Below, piece after piece: positions 10,695 to 23,578 of a stretch of 64,000 bases of DNA; within the stretch, counting starts at the first letter, position 1; each line of letters opens with the position of its first letter. The position numbers and the translations under genes were made by a program. The stretch is from Pseudogymnoascus verrucosus (taxonomy: Eukaryota): assembly GCA_001662655.1 (NCBI GenBank), contig KV460206.1; one strand, 5' to 3'. The notes under the pieces are model-generated. The model searched no databases and was not told where the DNA came from. It saw nothing but the letters and a program-made list of their open reading frames with translations.

Positions 10695-13600
10695 GGCGGT
10701 AGGGTCGCCGGTCGCGACTTGAGTTCGTGTGTGTGATAGCAAGCTCGCCGAGTTGATGAATGTGGCGACAGGCAGGCTGATGCAAGTCTCCGCGTCGCGG
10801 CAACGGGCGGTCGCAGTCGCAATTCACGAGGGAAGCCGTGGCGACTCCAGACACAATTGGATATTGTCCCGAAACCAAGTGTTACAACGTATTCCCGATG
10901 ATGCGCAGCGACGGGAAGCTGTGGGATGGTTGGGGATGGTCGGTGATGGTTGATGTTTCCCGGTTGGCGATAGCAGTCGCGGCTAGAGGAGTAGTGGGTG
11001 ATAGCTGAGGGATGCGATCACGTCCCTTTCGGAGCCTGTGGCTTTCAACTAGCGAAGCCTGCCAGAGATTACGTCGCGAACCAGAACAGTTTAGTTCAAG
11101 TGATCCCAGCTAATACAGCGAGAACAATAATGCGAAAAGGTGTTCCTCGGTCCCCATCGGTTTCTTTCTCTGTGGAATATAATAAGCTGATGGCAAAGCC
11201 TATCATTAGGGTCGAGAGAGACGCGGCTTTTTGGTGTCTTTTCAGTCGGTCTGGTCTGATCTGATCTGGTCTGTCTGATCTGTCTGGTCTGTTCGGTCTG
11301 GTATGGTATGGTGCGTGCCGTCGCCGTTACCGTTACACTCCGCGCGGTACGGTACGTATACTTGGAGAGTAATCAGTACTCAGCATACAGTAATTCTCTC
11401 AAGATCCAAGGATTCAAGGATGATAGTTCGTCAACCAGCCGACACGCGATGAGAAGTCGACGGTAAGGTAGAGAATGGGTGTGTACAGGCGGCGGTTGCT
11501 GCTGTGCTATTCTCGATTTGAGCTTCTCGAATGCGATAACTCTTAACGTCGTCTCTTTCGATGATATTCACGAGGTACTCGAGTATGTATGTAGATGTAG
11601 AAGAATGTGAGGTACTTCCAGTCGGTCAATATATCCAACCACTAGAAGGCGTTGGTGGTTTGAAGCTTTGTGTTCTGAATGGCGACCTCAGCTGAGCAAA
11701 TGAGTCTCGAGCGAGAGTACTTTCTTTCCAGCTACTGTATACACTCACTGTATACTAACTGTATATACTTTATATACTCTGCAGTAAAATGAAGCAGAGT
11801 AGAGTAATATAGAGTAGAGTACATGCGACTCTTTTCGTATCGTTATTGAAATGTATCCACCAGTGGCAAGAGAGGGATTTGCTTGTCTTGTCCCAGTCGA
11901 TGCACAGCGGGCGCTCACTGTCCACACTTATCTAGAGTATCCGCCGTGAATACCACAGTATGGAACTTGCGTCGGGCGGGAGCGCGTCAAGCCACGAGTC
12001 AAACTCTTTCAAAGCTCAAAAAGCTCAGGTATCCCTTGTTCCGCCACAGTTTGTCCAGTTCGTCGGCGACTCCAGCGGACCTTCTTCGTTGCGGGACCCC
12101 ACAAGATCGTCTCTCCAATCGGCGTTAATCAGGAAGGTGATACTGGCTGGCTGTACATACAGAACAGTACTTTGAGAACACTGTACGCAACGTAGTACAG
12201 TTATGAGGAGTTATGTACTGCACGAGGTTGTTTTGGCAGCACTATTGTCTTATAAAGCGCCAGGGCCACACACGAGTCGCGTCCGCGTCCGCGTCGGCTT
12301 CCTTCGTCTTTAGTCTTTATTGTAATGTACTGTTCTGTACTTTTGCGCTGCAGGCGTGGGGAAAGAAGGAAAGCTGGCGGCAAGATTCAATTTACAACAT
12401 TCTAGGTCAAATACTAATTATCGGGTTGGTTCAAGATGGGGTGGATTGCAAGTGGCAAGCCCCCCCCGCGATACGAGCATGGGGCGTGACAGGGGTGAGG
12501 GCGACGGCGGCCTTGTCATATTCGCCGCCACAGGAAGGGAACGAGGCGCTGGGCGATTCGGGTGTGGAGGGGAAAGCGCTTCGAGTACTGGTCTGTCTCG
12601 AGTATACAAATACTTACTTTCTTTGCTTGAGTCTATTCCCATGGGGATACATTTCATGGCGATCCAAAGAGTATTGCATTGCCCTACTCGTAGGTTGTCC
12701 TTCTTCTTCCGTCCTGCCGTTTTGCCATAGCGATCGATATAATCCATATTTCTATAGATAGTTTCTCATTGTCACATTCCAGGTTCGGGTACTTCCCGCG
12801 CATCAAGTACGTACGTATAGTGCCTCTAACGAGCAAGGTACCAAAGACAGCCCAGGCACTATATGCCGCAGTCTATCACTCAGCGCCGCGCCGCCTCTGT
12901 TCCAGTACGAGCACGGCGACAACGACCGAGATGATGACTGCGCCTGGCGAGATCAGCCTAGCCTTGCTCAAGTACTCTGTATTTTTGGGCTTTCTCGCGA
13001 TAACCGGAGGCGTCGCCAACCCTCGCTTTGCCTAGACGACGCAACAACCACGATCCCAGCTTCCGACGGTGTCAGCTAGTAGGGATGTGCAATATCGAGC
13101 GGCCTAATCGAGTAACATGCATCAGACGCGTATTTCGCCGTGACCAGGCATCTCACACCTAGATATGGGCCTCAGTCTTCCGCTTTGAGACATTATTCCT
13201 TCCCCCCACCCGCTCAGATTGACTTCGCCGGAGACCCGCGGAAGACTGGCTGGTGAGACGATTTCTCAGCCTAACGGCAGTTGTGCGCCTCTACCCTGCT
13301 CTTCTAATGGCCAATATTGATCACGGAGCGCATAGTACCCCGCTGCCGCCGCTTCAGCTTGATGTGGCTTTCTCTCTGCGGGTTTGGCCCTTGGATCATC
13401 AGTAGAAGGGAGCAGGCAGCAATGCTGAGGCAGATCCGGAGAGTTTGACAGGGTGTCAAGAACCAGGCGCATCTGAATACCACAGCCTCGAGGTACTTCC
13501 CAAAGGGAAGAGTCATATCCTTGAGGACAGGCTGAGCCTCTTCATCGCATGTGATTGGCCATTCAACGTAGCAAACATTCTCTCCCCATTATTACTGTCT

Positions 13601-15419
13601 CAAACTGCATGTGCGAAGTGAAACAAAGTACTGTAATAGCATGTAGGATGAGGTATCCTGCTCGCTCCGGTGGTCAGCAGTATTGCCCAATAATCCGTTC
13701 CACGATTAGATATCCAACGGCCGGCCATGTGAGTGAGGCCAACCAGGCTCGGAGAGGCTCGGAGATGTATAAATCAAGTTAAGTGCGATTTCAAGTTCGA
13801 AACACCAAGAGAAGAGCGTTTGGAGTTCGTAAGGATCGGCGATACTGTTGCATGTAGAGTACCAAGTATAGATCGCGTGAGGACGTGGAGAGAAGCACAG
13901 AAGAGTCCGGTAGCTCTGGCAGTGAATCATAAGGTATCCTCTTTTGGCGTCATGCCATGTAGATGGTGTACTTGGGAAGGTCGAGAAACGCGTCGATGGA
14001 GCATCCATCCTTGAATATCCCATCAGATATCATGCAGGCAATGCCACTGGTGGATGCAAGTGCAGCGTGTGACCACCATCTGCCTCGCGCTAATTGAAAG
14101 ATGGGTGGGTGATTCTCTGGATGCGAATCCCTGGTCGGCATGGAACTGAGGGTGTGCTGCGTCGGCCCGCGAACTAAGGTTGCAGCTGAACTGGAATTTC
14201 CACCCTTCGCTCTTCTCCCACAGCCTTCATCGGCCCACCTGGGCGCGTAGTCCATCCTCGTCTGGCTCCTTGTTTTTATAACTTATGCACATCATCTTGC
14301 TGATGCATGCTTGGATTGGCCTTGACCGCCCTTGATCACCCTTGAAGCCCTTGGACGCCCTTGACTCGTAAACCGGTCACAAAACGCCCCGGGAGGATGC
14401 GTAAGTAGTACACCATGAAGATATTAACACACCATTTCGCTTTCAAAAAGCGTGCACGGTCTCGAAATATACTGCACGTTGACAGTACGTGCGCCGGGAG
14501 ATCATCTGGTTGTTGGAGATATCGGGCAAAGATTCATAACTGAAGTGGTGCCACATCCCGAGGACGTAGAGAGCTAAGAACGGGCGGGAGTGTGAGTGTG
14601 CACGCCACATCTATTTCGATCATCGGTTCAAACATATCGTATAGGAATGCCTCCCACACTAAGATCCGTGAACTCCATCCTTGGCTCCCAGGCCGCGATA
14701 CTTGGATTATTGTCCTGATTCGTAGCAACGACGTCACTGGAAGCCTGTAGCCTTAACAGCATATATCTATTGATTGTTCGAAATAATCACGGTGGGTGTT
14801 GGCTCGTAGGTATGACTTTGGGTGATAACATGCCTATAAGCCTGTCAGGGAGTGTCTGTTGGTCAGAGAGTGTAAGTACTGGAATAAATGGAACGGAGTC
14901 CATAGACTTCATACCTACAAACGCTTCCAGCACCAATATGAAGAGTATACGTGTTAAGTTGAGCTTTATGTCCCGCCGTTCCGCCGATGTCGTACAGTAC
15001 AGTTGTGGTTGGATGTAGTGTAAGGGAGAGTGTATTTGTTTTTTGGGGTAAATAAATTATATTGATATTTATTGCCAAATTAAATATATTATTCCCAATA
15101 TGGGCTTATTCTGAGATAAGAAACATTTCTCAAAAATGTAGAGAGAGTGGTATACATAATGATACCAATTCCCCAATAATCCATATAATAATAACCTTCC
15201 ACAGAAATAATGATAATATCATAAAACCAAATGGCGTTTGTACGAGTGATGTTGACAGGAACTTAGTTCGAGATGTGGAGCGATGATGGACGGGCGGTTC
15301 GATAGAGTACCCCACATCCACGCTTATCTTATCGGGATGCGCTAGCATCACAGATCTAAATTTCAACCTCACATCGCTACTGACGGCGATTGTGTATACG
15401 CGACAATATTATCGCCAAC

Positions 15420-18400
15420 ATGACTAGTCTCAAGAGGTCGTTGGTGTCGGATCCATATGGCTCAAATATCTCAAGCAAGGTCTTTGTGAGATCAACAAAG
15501 AGCGGAAAGGTCCAGAAGATTGTCCGCGAATTATACTTGCGACAAGATATCCCCTGCTCGTCGAAATTATGTACGGGCTGCTTAGCAACTGCTCCCAGAG
15601 ATGCCGGCGGCAATGGTATGTTGCGAAAATTTCTTTATGGTAAATGGATTCAATTAACATACCTGTGCAGCTGCGCCATTCGTTCTTTCCGAGAAGCCGG
15701 CAGGCACAAAAGCATTCCCCCAGGGGCATTACTTGGTCCCTGATACAAACGCCCTCCTCAACGCTACCGACTTGTTCGAGCAGACATCGGCATTTTACGA
15801 CGTCATTATTCTCCAAACCGTCCTGGAGGAATTGAAGAACCGATCCCTACCACTCTACAACCGACTCATTGGTCTGACAAACAGCGAAGACAAGCGATTC
15901 TACGTCTTCTTCAACGATTTTAGACTGGAAACATACATCACCAGAGGAGTGGGCGAGACAATCAATGACCGAAATGACAGATCCGTACGGAAGGCGGTGC
16001 AATGGTACGGCGAACATCTGACCAAGGCTGTCAATGAGGCAGGAGGAAAGCCGAAGCAGGTGCCAGCTGTGGTTATGCTGAGCGACGACAAGGAAAATTT
16101 ACGGTTGGCCAAGGCCGAGGGCTTACACGCTGTTTCGTTGAAGGAGTATGTTGGGTCTCTGGAGGACGCCGATAGGCTCTTGGACATGATCAGTGCCTCC
16201 CAAGAAAGCCGAGAGGCGAGGGATGCGAAGATTGCTGTGAACATTTATCCAGAGTATTACACAGTTTCGAAGATGATGACCGGGGTAAAGGACGGAACAC
16301 TACACCAAGGTGTCTTCAACATATCGCCTTACAACTACCTTGAAGGCTCGATAAAGGTTCCTTCATTCGACAAACCATTGCTCGTTCTCGGGCGCGATAG
16401 CATCAACAGAGGTGTGCACGGTGACGTTGTGGTCGTGGAAGTTCTTCCCAAGGACCAGTGGAAAGAGCCATCATCCAAGATCATTGAAGAGGAAATACTG
16501 AACAAGAACGAAAACGCCGATGCCGACGATGGCGAGGCCCTGGTCACACCGCAAGAAAGGCGTGCCCTTCAAGAAGAGGTGAAGAAGACGCACAGCAAGA
16601 GCACAGAAGGCCGTCCACAACCGACCGCAAGAGTGGTAGGAGTGCTAAAGAGGAACTGGAGACAGTACGTTGGTCATGTCGACGAATCGTCGGTCAGTGA
16701 TTCCGTGAAGCAAAGCCGGAAACAGCAGACCGTCTTTCTCATTCCTATGGACAAGAAGATTCCTAAAATTAGAGTTCGCACTCGCCAAGCGGGAGAACTT
16801 CTTGGGAAGCGCATCCTGGTAACGATAGACTCTTGGGACAGAGAGTCACGTTATCCAGTAGGCCATTTCGTGAGGTCTCTTGGCGAGCTGGAAACAAAGG
16901 GTGCAGAAACCGAGGCTCTTCTACTGGAATATGATATCCAATATCGACCTTTCCCAAAGACTGTTCTCGACTGCTTGCCAAAGGAAGGGAGTGACTGGAT
17001 TGTACCCCCTAGCGCAGAAGACCCTGGCTGGAAGGGTAGAAAGGACCTGAGAGGTTTACTGATTTGCAGTATCGATCCGGTTGGATGTCAGGATATTGAT
17101 GATGCTCTCCACGCCAGACCTTTGCCAAATGGAAATTTCGAAGTCGGTGTTCATATTGCGGATGTTTCAAACTTCGTAAAGCCAAACAATGCGATGGACA
17201 AGGAGGCTAGCATCAGAGGTACTACTGTCTACCTGGTGGATAAGCGCATTGATATGTTGCCAATGCTTTTGGGTACCAACCTCTGCTCTTTGATGCCATA
17301 CGTTGAACGCTACGCATTTTCAGCGATATGGGAGATAACCCCAGATGCCGACATTGTCAAGTCAAGCTTTACTAAGTCGGTTATCAAATCTAGAGAGGCT
17401 TTCAGTTACGAGCAGGCACAGATCCGCATTGATGATGCGTCACAACAAGATGATCTAACAAAAGGTATGAGGACACTCCTCATGCTTTCGAAGAAGCTCA
17501 AGCAGAAGAGAATGGATGCCGGTGCTCTGAGTTTGTCGTCACCAGAAGTCAAGGTCCAGATGGAATCGGAGACCTCTGACCCTATCGATGTCCAGACAAA
17601 GCAACAATTAGACACAAACTCCCTGGTCGAAGAATTCATGTTACTCGCCAACATCAGTGTCGCCACCAAGATCCACGAGGCATACCCACAAACAGCGCTG
17701 CTACGTCGCCACGCTGCACCCCCAAAGTCAAATTTCGAGGAGCTTGCCAACCAGCTAAAGGTCAAGCGTGGCCTTGAGCTCAAGCATGAATCGTCTCGAG
17801 CTCTCGCAGACTCACTAGATCTCTGCGTGGATCCTAATGAGAAATTCTTCAACACCCTGGTCCGCATTATGGCTACTCGGTAAGTTACCCTACTTCACTC
17901 GATGAAGACAGTTTTCTAACCAAAACCAGATGCATGATGAGCGCCGAGTACTATGTAGCCGGTAACTTCGCATACCCCGAATTCCGCCATTACGGTCTCG
18001 CTTCGGAGATCTACACGCATTTCACCTCCCCTATCCGTCGTTACGCCGATCTAGTCGCCCACCGCATGCTCGCCGCAGCAATCGATTATGAGCAGCTAGA
18101 CGCCAGCATGCGTAGCAAGGGCAAGCTAGACGGAATCTGCAAGAACATCAACGTGCGTCACCGCAACGCGCAGCAGGCTGGCCGAGCGTCGATTGAGTAC
18201 TACGTCGGACAGGCTCTCAAGGGCCGCATCATCGAGGAGGAGGGTTTCGTGATGAAGGTCTTCTCCAACGGCTTCGTGGTGTTCGTACCACGCTTTGGGA
18301 TTGAGAGTTTGATTCGTCTGCGGGACCTGGCGGATCCAGAGCCGGATGCGGCGTTTGATGCCGAGAACTACGTGTTGAAGACTAGTGGGAGTAGAGAGGT

Positions 18401-18509
18401 TCAGGTGGAGCTGTTTCAGAAGGTGGTTGTGAGGATTAGCGATGTTATGGAGGAGAGTACGAATAAGAGGAAGGTGAAGTTGGAGCTGGTTAGTGTTGGT
18501 GGAAAATAG
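15420..18509 (+). CDS. DIS3: Exosome catalytic subunit Dis3/Rrp44 (PIN + RNB + S1); exons 15420-15615, 15671-17879, 17930-18509
   Basis: KIVRELYLRQDIPCSSKLC, PIN motif LVPDTN and NDRNDR, RNB motif SIDPVGCQDIDDALH, YTHFTSPIRRYAD. Both introns are canonical and restore frame. Confidence 0.97.
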
Positions 18510-18998
18510 ATAGACCTTGTCATGTAGGTTGGGAATATTCATGCATATTATTGTATCACAACACAAAGTTGACAGTCTGGTTGCATACGTGATACCCCTT
18601 AAGCAAACTTGTTTGGCGGCGATAAAATGAATCACTGACATGCGTTCGAGAAATTTATAGATCCCATTCAAATAAATATACTATGGATCAACAAAAGCAT
18701 GTGCTTGCCCAATATATATATACTTGAAAAGGCCATATTTTGCGTTGCTCCACCCACGATGCTTAACTGAAAGTAAACGTTGCTCTTAAACTGCCCCGAG
18801 AACCGACACCCAAACCCCTTTTCTCTTGATTAGTGCCTGAATGTCCCTCGATATAATATACTTGAAAACTCCATTATGACTAAATGAAAACGAAATGCGA
18901 ACTGATAGTTGAGCGCGCCGCAGTTTGGAAAGATCGACCCCCATCCAGCGAGTTGCAATGCAATATAGCAGCCATCTAGCGAGAGAAGAATATCCCCA

Positions 18999-21591
18999 CT
19001 ATCTCAGGGAATCATGGTAAGCTTCCTTGGCCTTCATGCCACCCCAATTCGCCTTTGACACCGCAAACAGATCTATCACCACCCCAGTCTGTTCGATAGA
19101 AGTGTTCTCGAATTCCTCTGTGGTCAGACCCATCATACAACCAAAGTGAAACCTTCGCAGTCCATCTCCAGGTTGAGTTATCAGATACACCTTGTCAATC
19201 ATCTGAAACTGGACGATACTGTTTCTGTGCCAATCATAGAGCTTGTCGATGACAGCATTGCACAAGCCAGGAAGCTCGTAGTTCACTGCTGCGACATAGA
19301 GGTCGAGGTAATAACACTCCAGATCGTAAGGTGCGAAATATGGTCTCGTCATCACCTTTCTCTTGTCGATCCAGTGCAACATAGCTTCGAATAGTTTCGG
19401 TTGCTCGACGATGTCGTACACAAGGCCATTGGCATTCTTGACGCGTCTGCCGGTGCCCTTAAACTGTTCATAGAACTCAGGTGCGTTTTCACCCAGCTTG
19501 TGTTCGCTGAAGTTGAAAGTTTCCATGTCTTCTGGCTTGCCATCACCGACGTAGAAGGTAAGCAATCGGTCACTGTTCGTGGTTAGCATGTCATTGTTAA
19601 ATTAGAATGTGAACTTACAGTGGTTCGGTCGCCTTCCGCTTTAAAGGACCATTTGAGGCTGGCGTCGGCGGCGGGGTTCGAGACAAGGTTTCTTGATTAG
19701 TTACAGAAGCAGGCTGAGTAGTTGCATGAGAATGTAAATTAGATCTCTCAGTAGACCTGGTGGCATGGTTGTTTTTCATTCCGCTAGCCTCCGGTGAAAT
19801 GGCCGGAGTTCGCTCTCGAGGCATGTGAGTCTCCGAATTCACAGGATGGTGAGCCGATGGTGGTGGTGTTTCCGGAATCTCCAACGAGCGCTGTCTCGGG
19901 TTGGACTGTTGACGAAACATTGATACGGAATGTTTTGGGGTTGTTTGCTCTATCGAACCTGTATCAATGCCCAATCCCACAGTAGATTTAGGTCCCGTCT
20001 TCATCAAAGCTGGATCTGGTGAAGCAGATTGCTTCTGAACTGAAGCTGGCGCCTGGCTCTGCATGATACTGGGTTTTGGAACCTCTGGGGAATTTATTTT
20101 AGATCCGATGCTAATGGAAGCAAAAGACTCTAAAGGAATCGGTTCTGAAGCAGCGCGCTTTGAGGCAACGAGTTCTAGAGCAGCGGGCTCAGGCTCTGAA
20201 GCTGTTGGCCTAGTAGTAACGGGTTCTGAAGCACTTCTTTCTACGGTAGTAGGCTCTGGAATAGTGAACTCCGGAGTAACAGGCTGTAGAGCACCGGACT
20301 CTGAAACTGTAGGCTTTGAAACAACGGGCTCGGAAGTCACCAGCTCTAGAGTTGCGGACTCGAAGGTAGTAGACTCCGAGGCAATGGGCTCAGAAGCGGC
20401 GGGATCTGAAGCTGCGGGTTCTGAAGAAACGAGCTTCGAAACAGAAAGACGTGAAGTGGCAGTCTCTGAAACAACGGGCTCTAAAGTTGCTGGTTCAGAA
20501 GCAGCAAGGTCTGATTCTGCAGGCTCTGAAGCCGCGGGGTCGGAAACTACGGGCTCGGAAACCGTGGGCTTGGAAACTGCGAGCTCTGAAGTAGCAGTCT
20601 GTGGAGTGACAGGCTTTAGAGTAATAAGTTGCGAAGTAACAGGCCCTGAAATGGTAGGCTCCGAAGGAGCAAGCTCTGCAATGGGAAGCTCCGAAGTCAC
20701 GGATTCTGAAGCAGCGGGCTTGAAAGCAACGGGCTCTGAAGCATAAACTTCCGAACGGTTCGCTCCTGGAGAAGGCTCTGGAGTTGCAGAGTTTAATGTC
20801 GTGATCTCTGAATAGGTAGAAGGTAACGTGGCATACTCAGAAGGGGTTTCTTCCAAAGGAGTTTCTGGCGGCGTCACCGAATGAGAAGCAGTTCTGTTCT
20901 CTTGACTTTGATTCATGGAATCGTTAGTGTTGTCGGGCTGAACTTCATTTCTGAGACCATCGGTGTTGTTGAGTTGGGGGCTATCTTCCTTCTTCTCCCG
21001 AAGAGCGTCTGAATTCTTTTCCGGCTCACTTGGAGTTTGCTGCACATGCTTGGCCGGAATGGTCACTGTAGCGTTAATGGATGCCAAAGGAATGCCCGCA
21101 CGCAGTGCATCAGCAGTCGTCCATTTGATCTTGGAAAGCCACTCGTTGTAGTTAGGGTGGTCACTCCTGGCCTGATAGTTCTCGATGGTCCATTCTCCAA
21201 CAGGCAAGCTGAGATCTCCACCGTGTAGAAGGATCTTCGTAGTACGATGTGCGCCAGCGAGCACAGTCATAACAGTTCCATCCGGTGCCAGTGCCGGCGC
21301 GCCTCTTCCTTTGTGCCTGGATTTGAGATACCCACCCTTTAGGAATACATTTTCGTTGAATCTCCAGATATTGGCGCCGGTGATGGTCCTTTCGCTCTTG
21401 TTGACGAGAATCTTCATGATGGCGTCGTCTGTAAGATTACATTCCTTAAGATCGACTCGCTTGATGGCTTCGCGGGCAAGAAGGGTATTTGGAACTGTAT
21501 CCCATAGTTCTCCCTTCAGTGACTGTGGCGGTGGTGGTGGCGATTCGGATGCTCCCTTCTGCGATTGTGGCGGTGGTGATTCGGATGCCAT
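18999..21591 (-). CDS. Hypothetical protein of about 850 aa with about 40 SEPxx pentapeptide repeats and a C-terminal BTB/POZ-like domain; exons 21591-19619, 19572-18999
   Basis: Intron 19618-19573 (GTAAGT...GCTAAC...CAG) fuses the 660-aa and 196-aa ORFs in frame. The C-terminal LLTFYVG...TFNFSEHKL...PKLFEAMLHWI...LDLYVAAVNYELPGLCNAVIDKL resembles fungal BTB proteins (inference). Confidence 0.7.
20115..20754 (-). repeat. Coding 15-bp minisatellite (SEPVA/SEPAA/SDPAA/SKPTV...)
   Basis: 5-aa periodicity is visible in the translation: SEVYA SEPVA FKPAA SESVT SELPI ... SEPVT TRPTA SEPEP. Confidence 0.9.
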
Positions 21592-21659
21592 CTTCAAGGT
21601 TTGAGGCTCTGATGATGTGGTGAGCTGATATAAGTTGACAAAATAGATAGTATGTCAAG

Positions 21660-21940
21660 TGAAGATCGAGGTTTGTTAAAGGTGCAAGGCGGCGAGGAGC
21701 ATGGGGAGGTTTGCTGAAAAGGTAGCCAGAAGTGATGTGAAAGTAAAAGATCGAGACAAGATCGAGGCCCGCCGAAAATGTAAATGTGAGGAGGATGAAT
21801 CGAGAGTGTTATTGAAAAGGTAGCCTGAAGATCTTAGGAAGCAAGAAGTGAGAGGTAAGATCGAGGCGTGTCAAGAGTATGAAGGTGACAAGAGTGAGTT
21901 TAGCAGATTGTTGAAAAGGTAAGAAGGTAGTCTGAAGTGC
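21660..21940. repeat. Degenerate tandem repeat of about 98 bp, 3 copies
   Basis: AAGATCGAGG near 21662, 21758 and 21857; TGAAAAGGTA...GAAG near 21715, 21813 and 21912. Confidence 0.7.
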
Positions 21941-22212
21941 CCAGGACGCAAAAGCACTGTCGAATTATATAGACTTCGGCTGCGGGGAAAGAAATATATA
22001 GAATAGCACGAATGCTATAGAACCTCGAGGGAATAAGAAGTGGTTTCAGCCGCTGAACCAACCTTAAATTAACCATACTACCCAAAGAGTATACCAATAC
22101 CCAACTTCTATCAACCCCAACCGAAAACGCCATACCGATATCAATAACAAATGCCGCCCTTCAACCCCCCCAATTGCATGCAACCCCTTGGCCCCCCCCC
22201 ACCACTTTAAAA

Positions 22213-22738
22213 TCACCACCTCTCCCTCCCCCCCCTTTGCCTCCCCCCCGAAGCCTGATTCTGCACCTCCTCCCACCTCCCATACTCCCTCACCCAAATC
22301 CTCTGCACCTCCCCCACCCACCCGAGCACATCACTCGCCGTCCTCTCCACGCCCCTCTGATAAACCATCATCCCCCCCACGACAATCGCGCCATAAAACA
22401 CCAACCCAAAGATAAGCCGCGCCCCAAACGCAACCATCCTTTGCATAAACCCCATCACCCGCATCGAGATGTACAGCGTCACCAGCAACACGCCCAGGGA
22501 CACGATGGCGGGGGAGTCGTGCGCGGCGTTGGTGAGTTGGAGGAGGAGAGGGCGGAGGAGGGGGAGGAGGAGGGTGCGTGCCCAGTTTAGGAAGCGGAGG
22601 GTTGGGTAGAGGATAGGTGAGAGGAGGGAGTAGAGGGTTGTGAGGACGGCGTGGTAGTCTGGGGGTTCTGTTAGCTCGGGGTTTGCGAGGTGGGAGATGG
22701 GGCGGGAGGGGAGGGTAAGGACCTTCGAGGGCGTCCAT
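22213..22738 (-). CDS. APQ12: Nuclear envelope / nuclear pore assembly protein Apq12; exons 22738-22723, 22658-22213
   Basis: MDALE|DYH start; SPAIVSLGVLLVTLYISMRVMGFMQRMVAFGARLIFGLVFYGAIVVGGMMVYQRGVE gives two TM segments in the Apq12 pattern. Intron 22722-22659 has a GCTAAC branch point and CAG acceptor but a weak GTCCTT donor. Confidence 0.75.
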
Positions 22739-23578
22739 TTCGACGCGGGTTGCGCGCACGCGCGTAAAACTGGCAAGAAGCTCCGGTGCGCCTGGCGCTG
22801 TAGGTACAAGTACAGCGCGAACCCGTGTAAATGGGCTTAGTAGAAGGGTTTCGATGAGCTTGCCGCGCGGTTCCTTCCGCCCTTCAAGTCTGTTTTTATG
22901 GTGTATTGTTTTGCTTTGTGGGTTTTGACCGGAGACTCAGTCTTAGAAATGGGTTCGTGTCGTCAAGTCGGACGCAGCCTTGGTCAAGAAACCCACAGCC
23001 TCGTGCCGTGGTGGAGAGGTTTAGCGCCAACCCACGTGATTTTTCAGCCGTGCAGGGTTGCGTTTATGGTTCATGGTAGACTTCATCAAGGTTTGTAAAA
23101 TTGTGATCATTCATAAAATAAAGTCTTACGTTAAGGTAGAACATGCCTATATTTAGAGAGAGGGCTATAAATATATACTCTCTTTAATGAGTGGAAGATG
23201 GGTTTGCTCCCTAATTCCCGAAAAATCTATGTACAAAAGTAAGAAGGATGGTGAAGTGAGTCGGTTGGGTGTAGCCCTGTCTTTCTGGGTGACATTTCCG
23301 CTGCGCCTGTCGCGGGGAGATTTCCTTGAATCGTGTATTGCTGTAACCTACGCTAACACATGGCTCAAGGGAGGCTCTTCGCGGACAGGCGTAGCGAAGA
23401 CGTCACTCAGAAGTACAGGGCTACACCAGTCGATGGAAACCGTGAAAATCGTGGCTCAATGGCCAAAAACGGGCCATGATATTGTGCTCCCCAAGTGGTA
23501 TCAATCCCGTATATGTGCGCCAATAAAATCCCAATGCGAAATCCCAATAATAACGATTCTAACCTGCAGAATCCCGCA

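Noticed and set aside
10950..15400. Possible telomerase RNA or spliceosomal snRNA in the long intergenic region
   Set aside because: By eye I found no TAACCCTAA template and no U1/U2/U5/U6 signature; an Infernal search would be needed to exclude them fully
20063..20746. 227-aa plus-strand ORF with GSEAA repeats
   Set aside because: Antisense shadow of the 15-bp coding minisatellite
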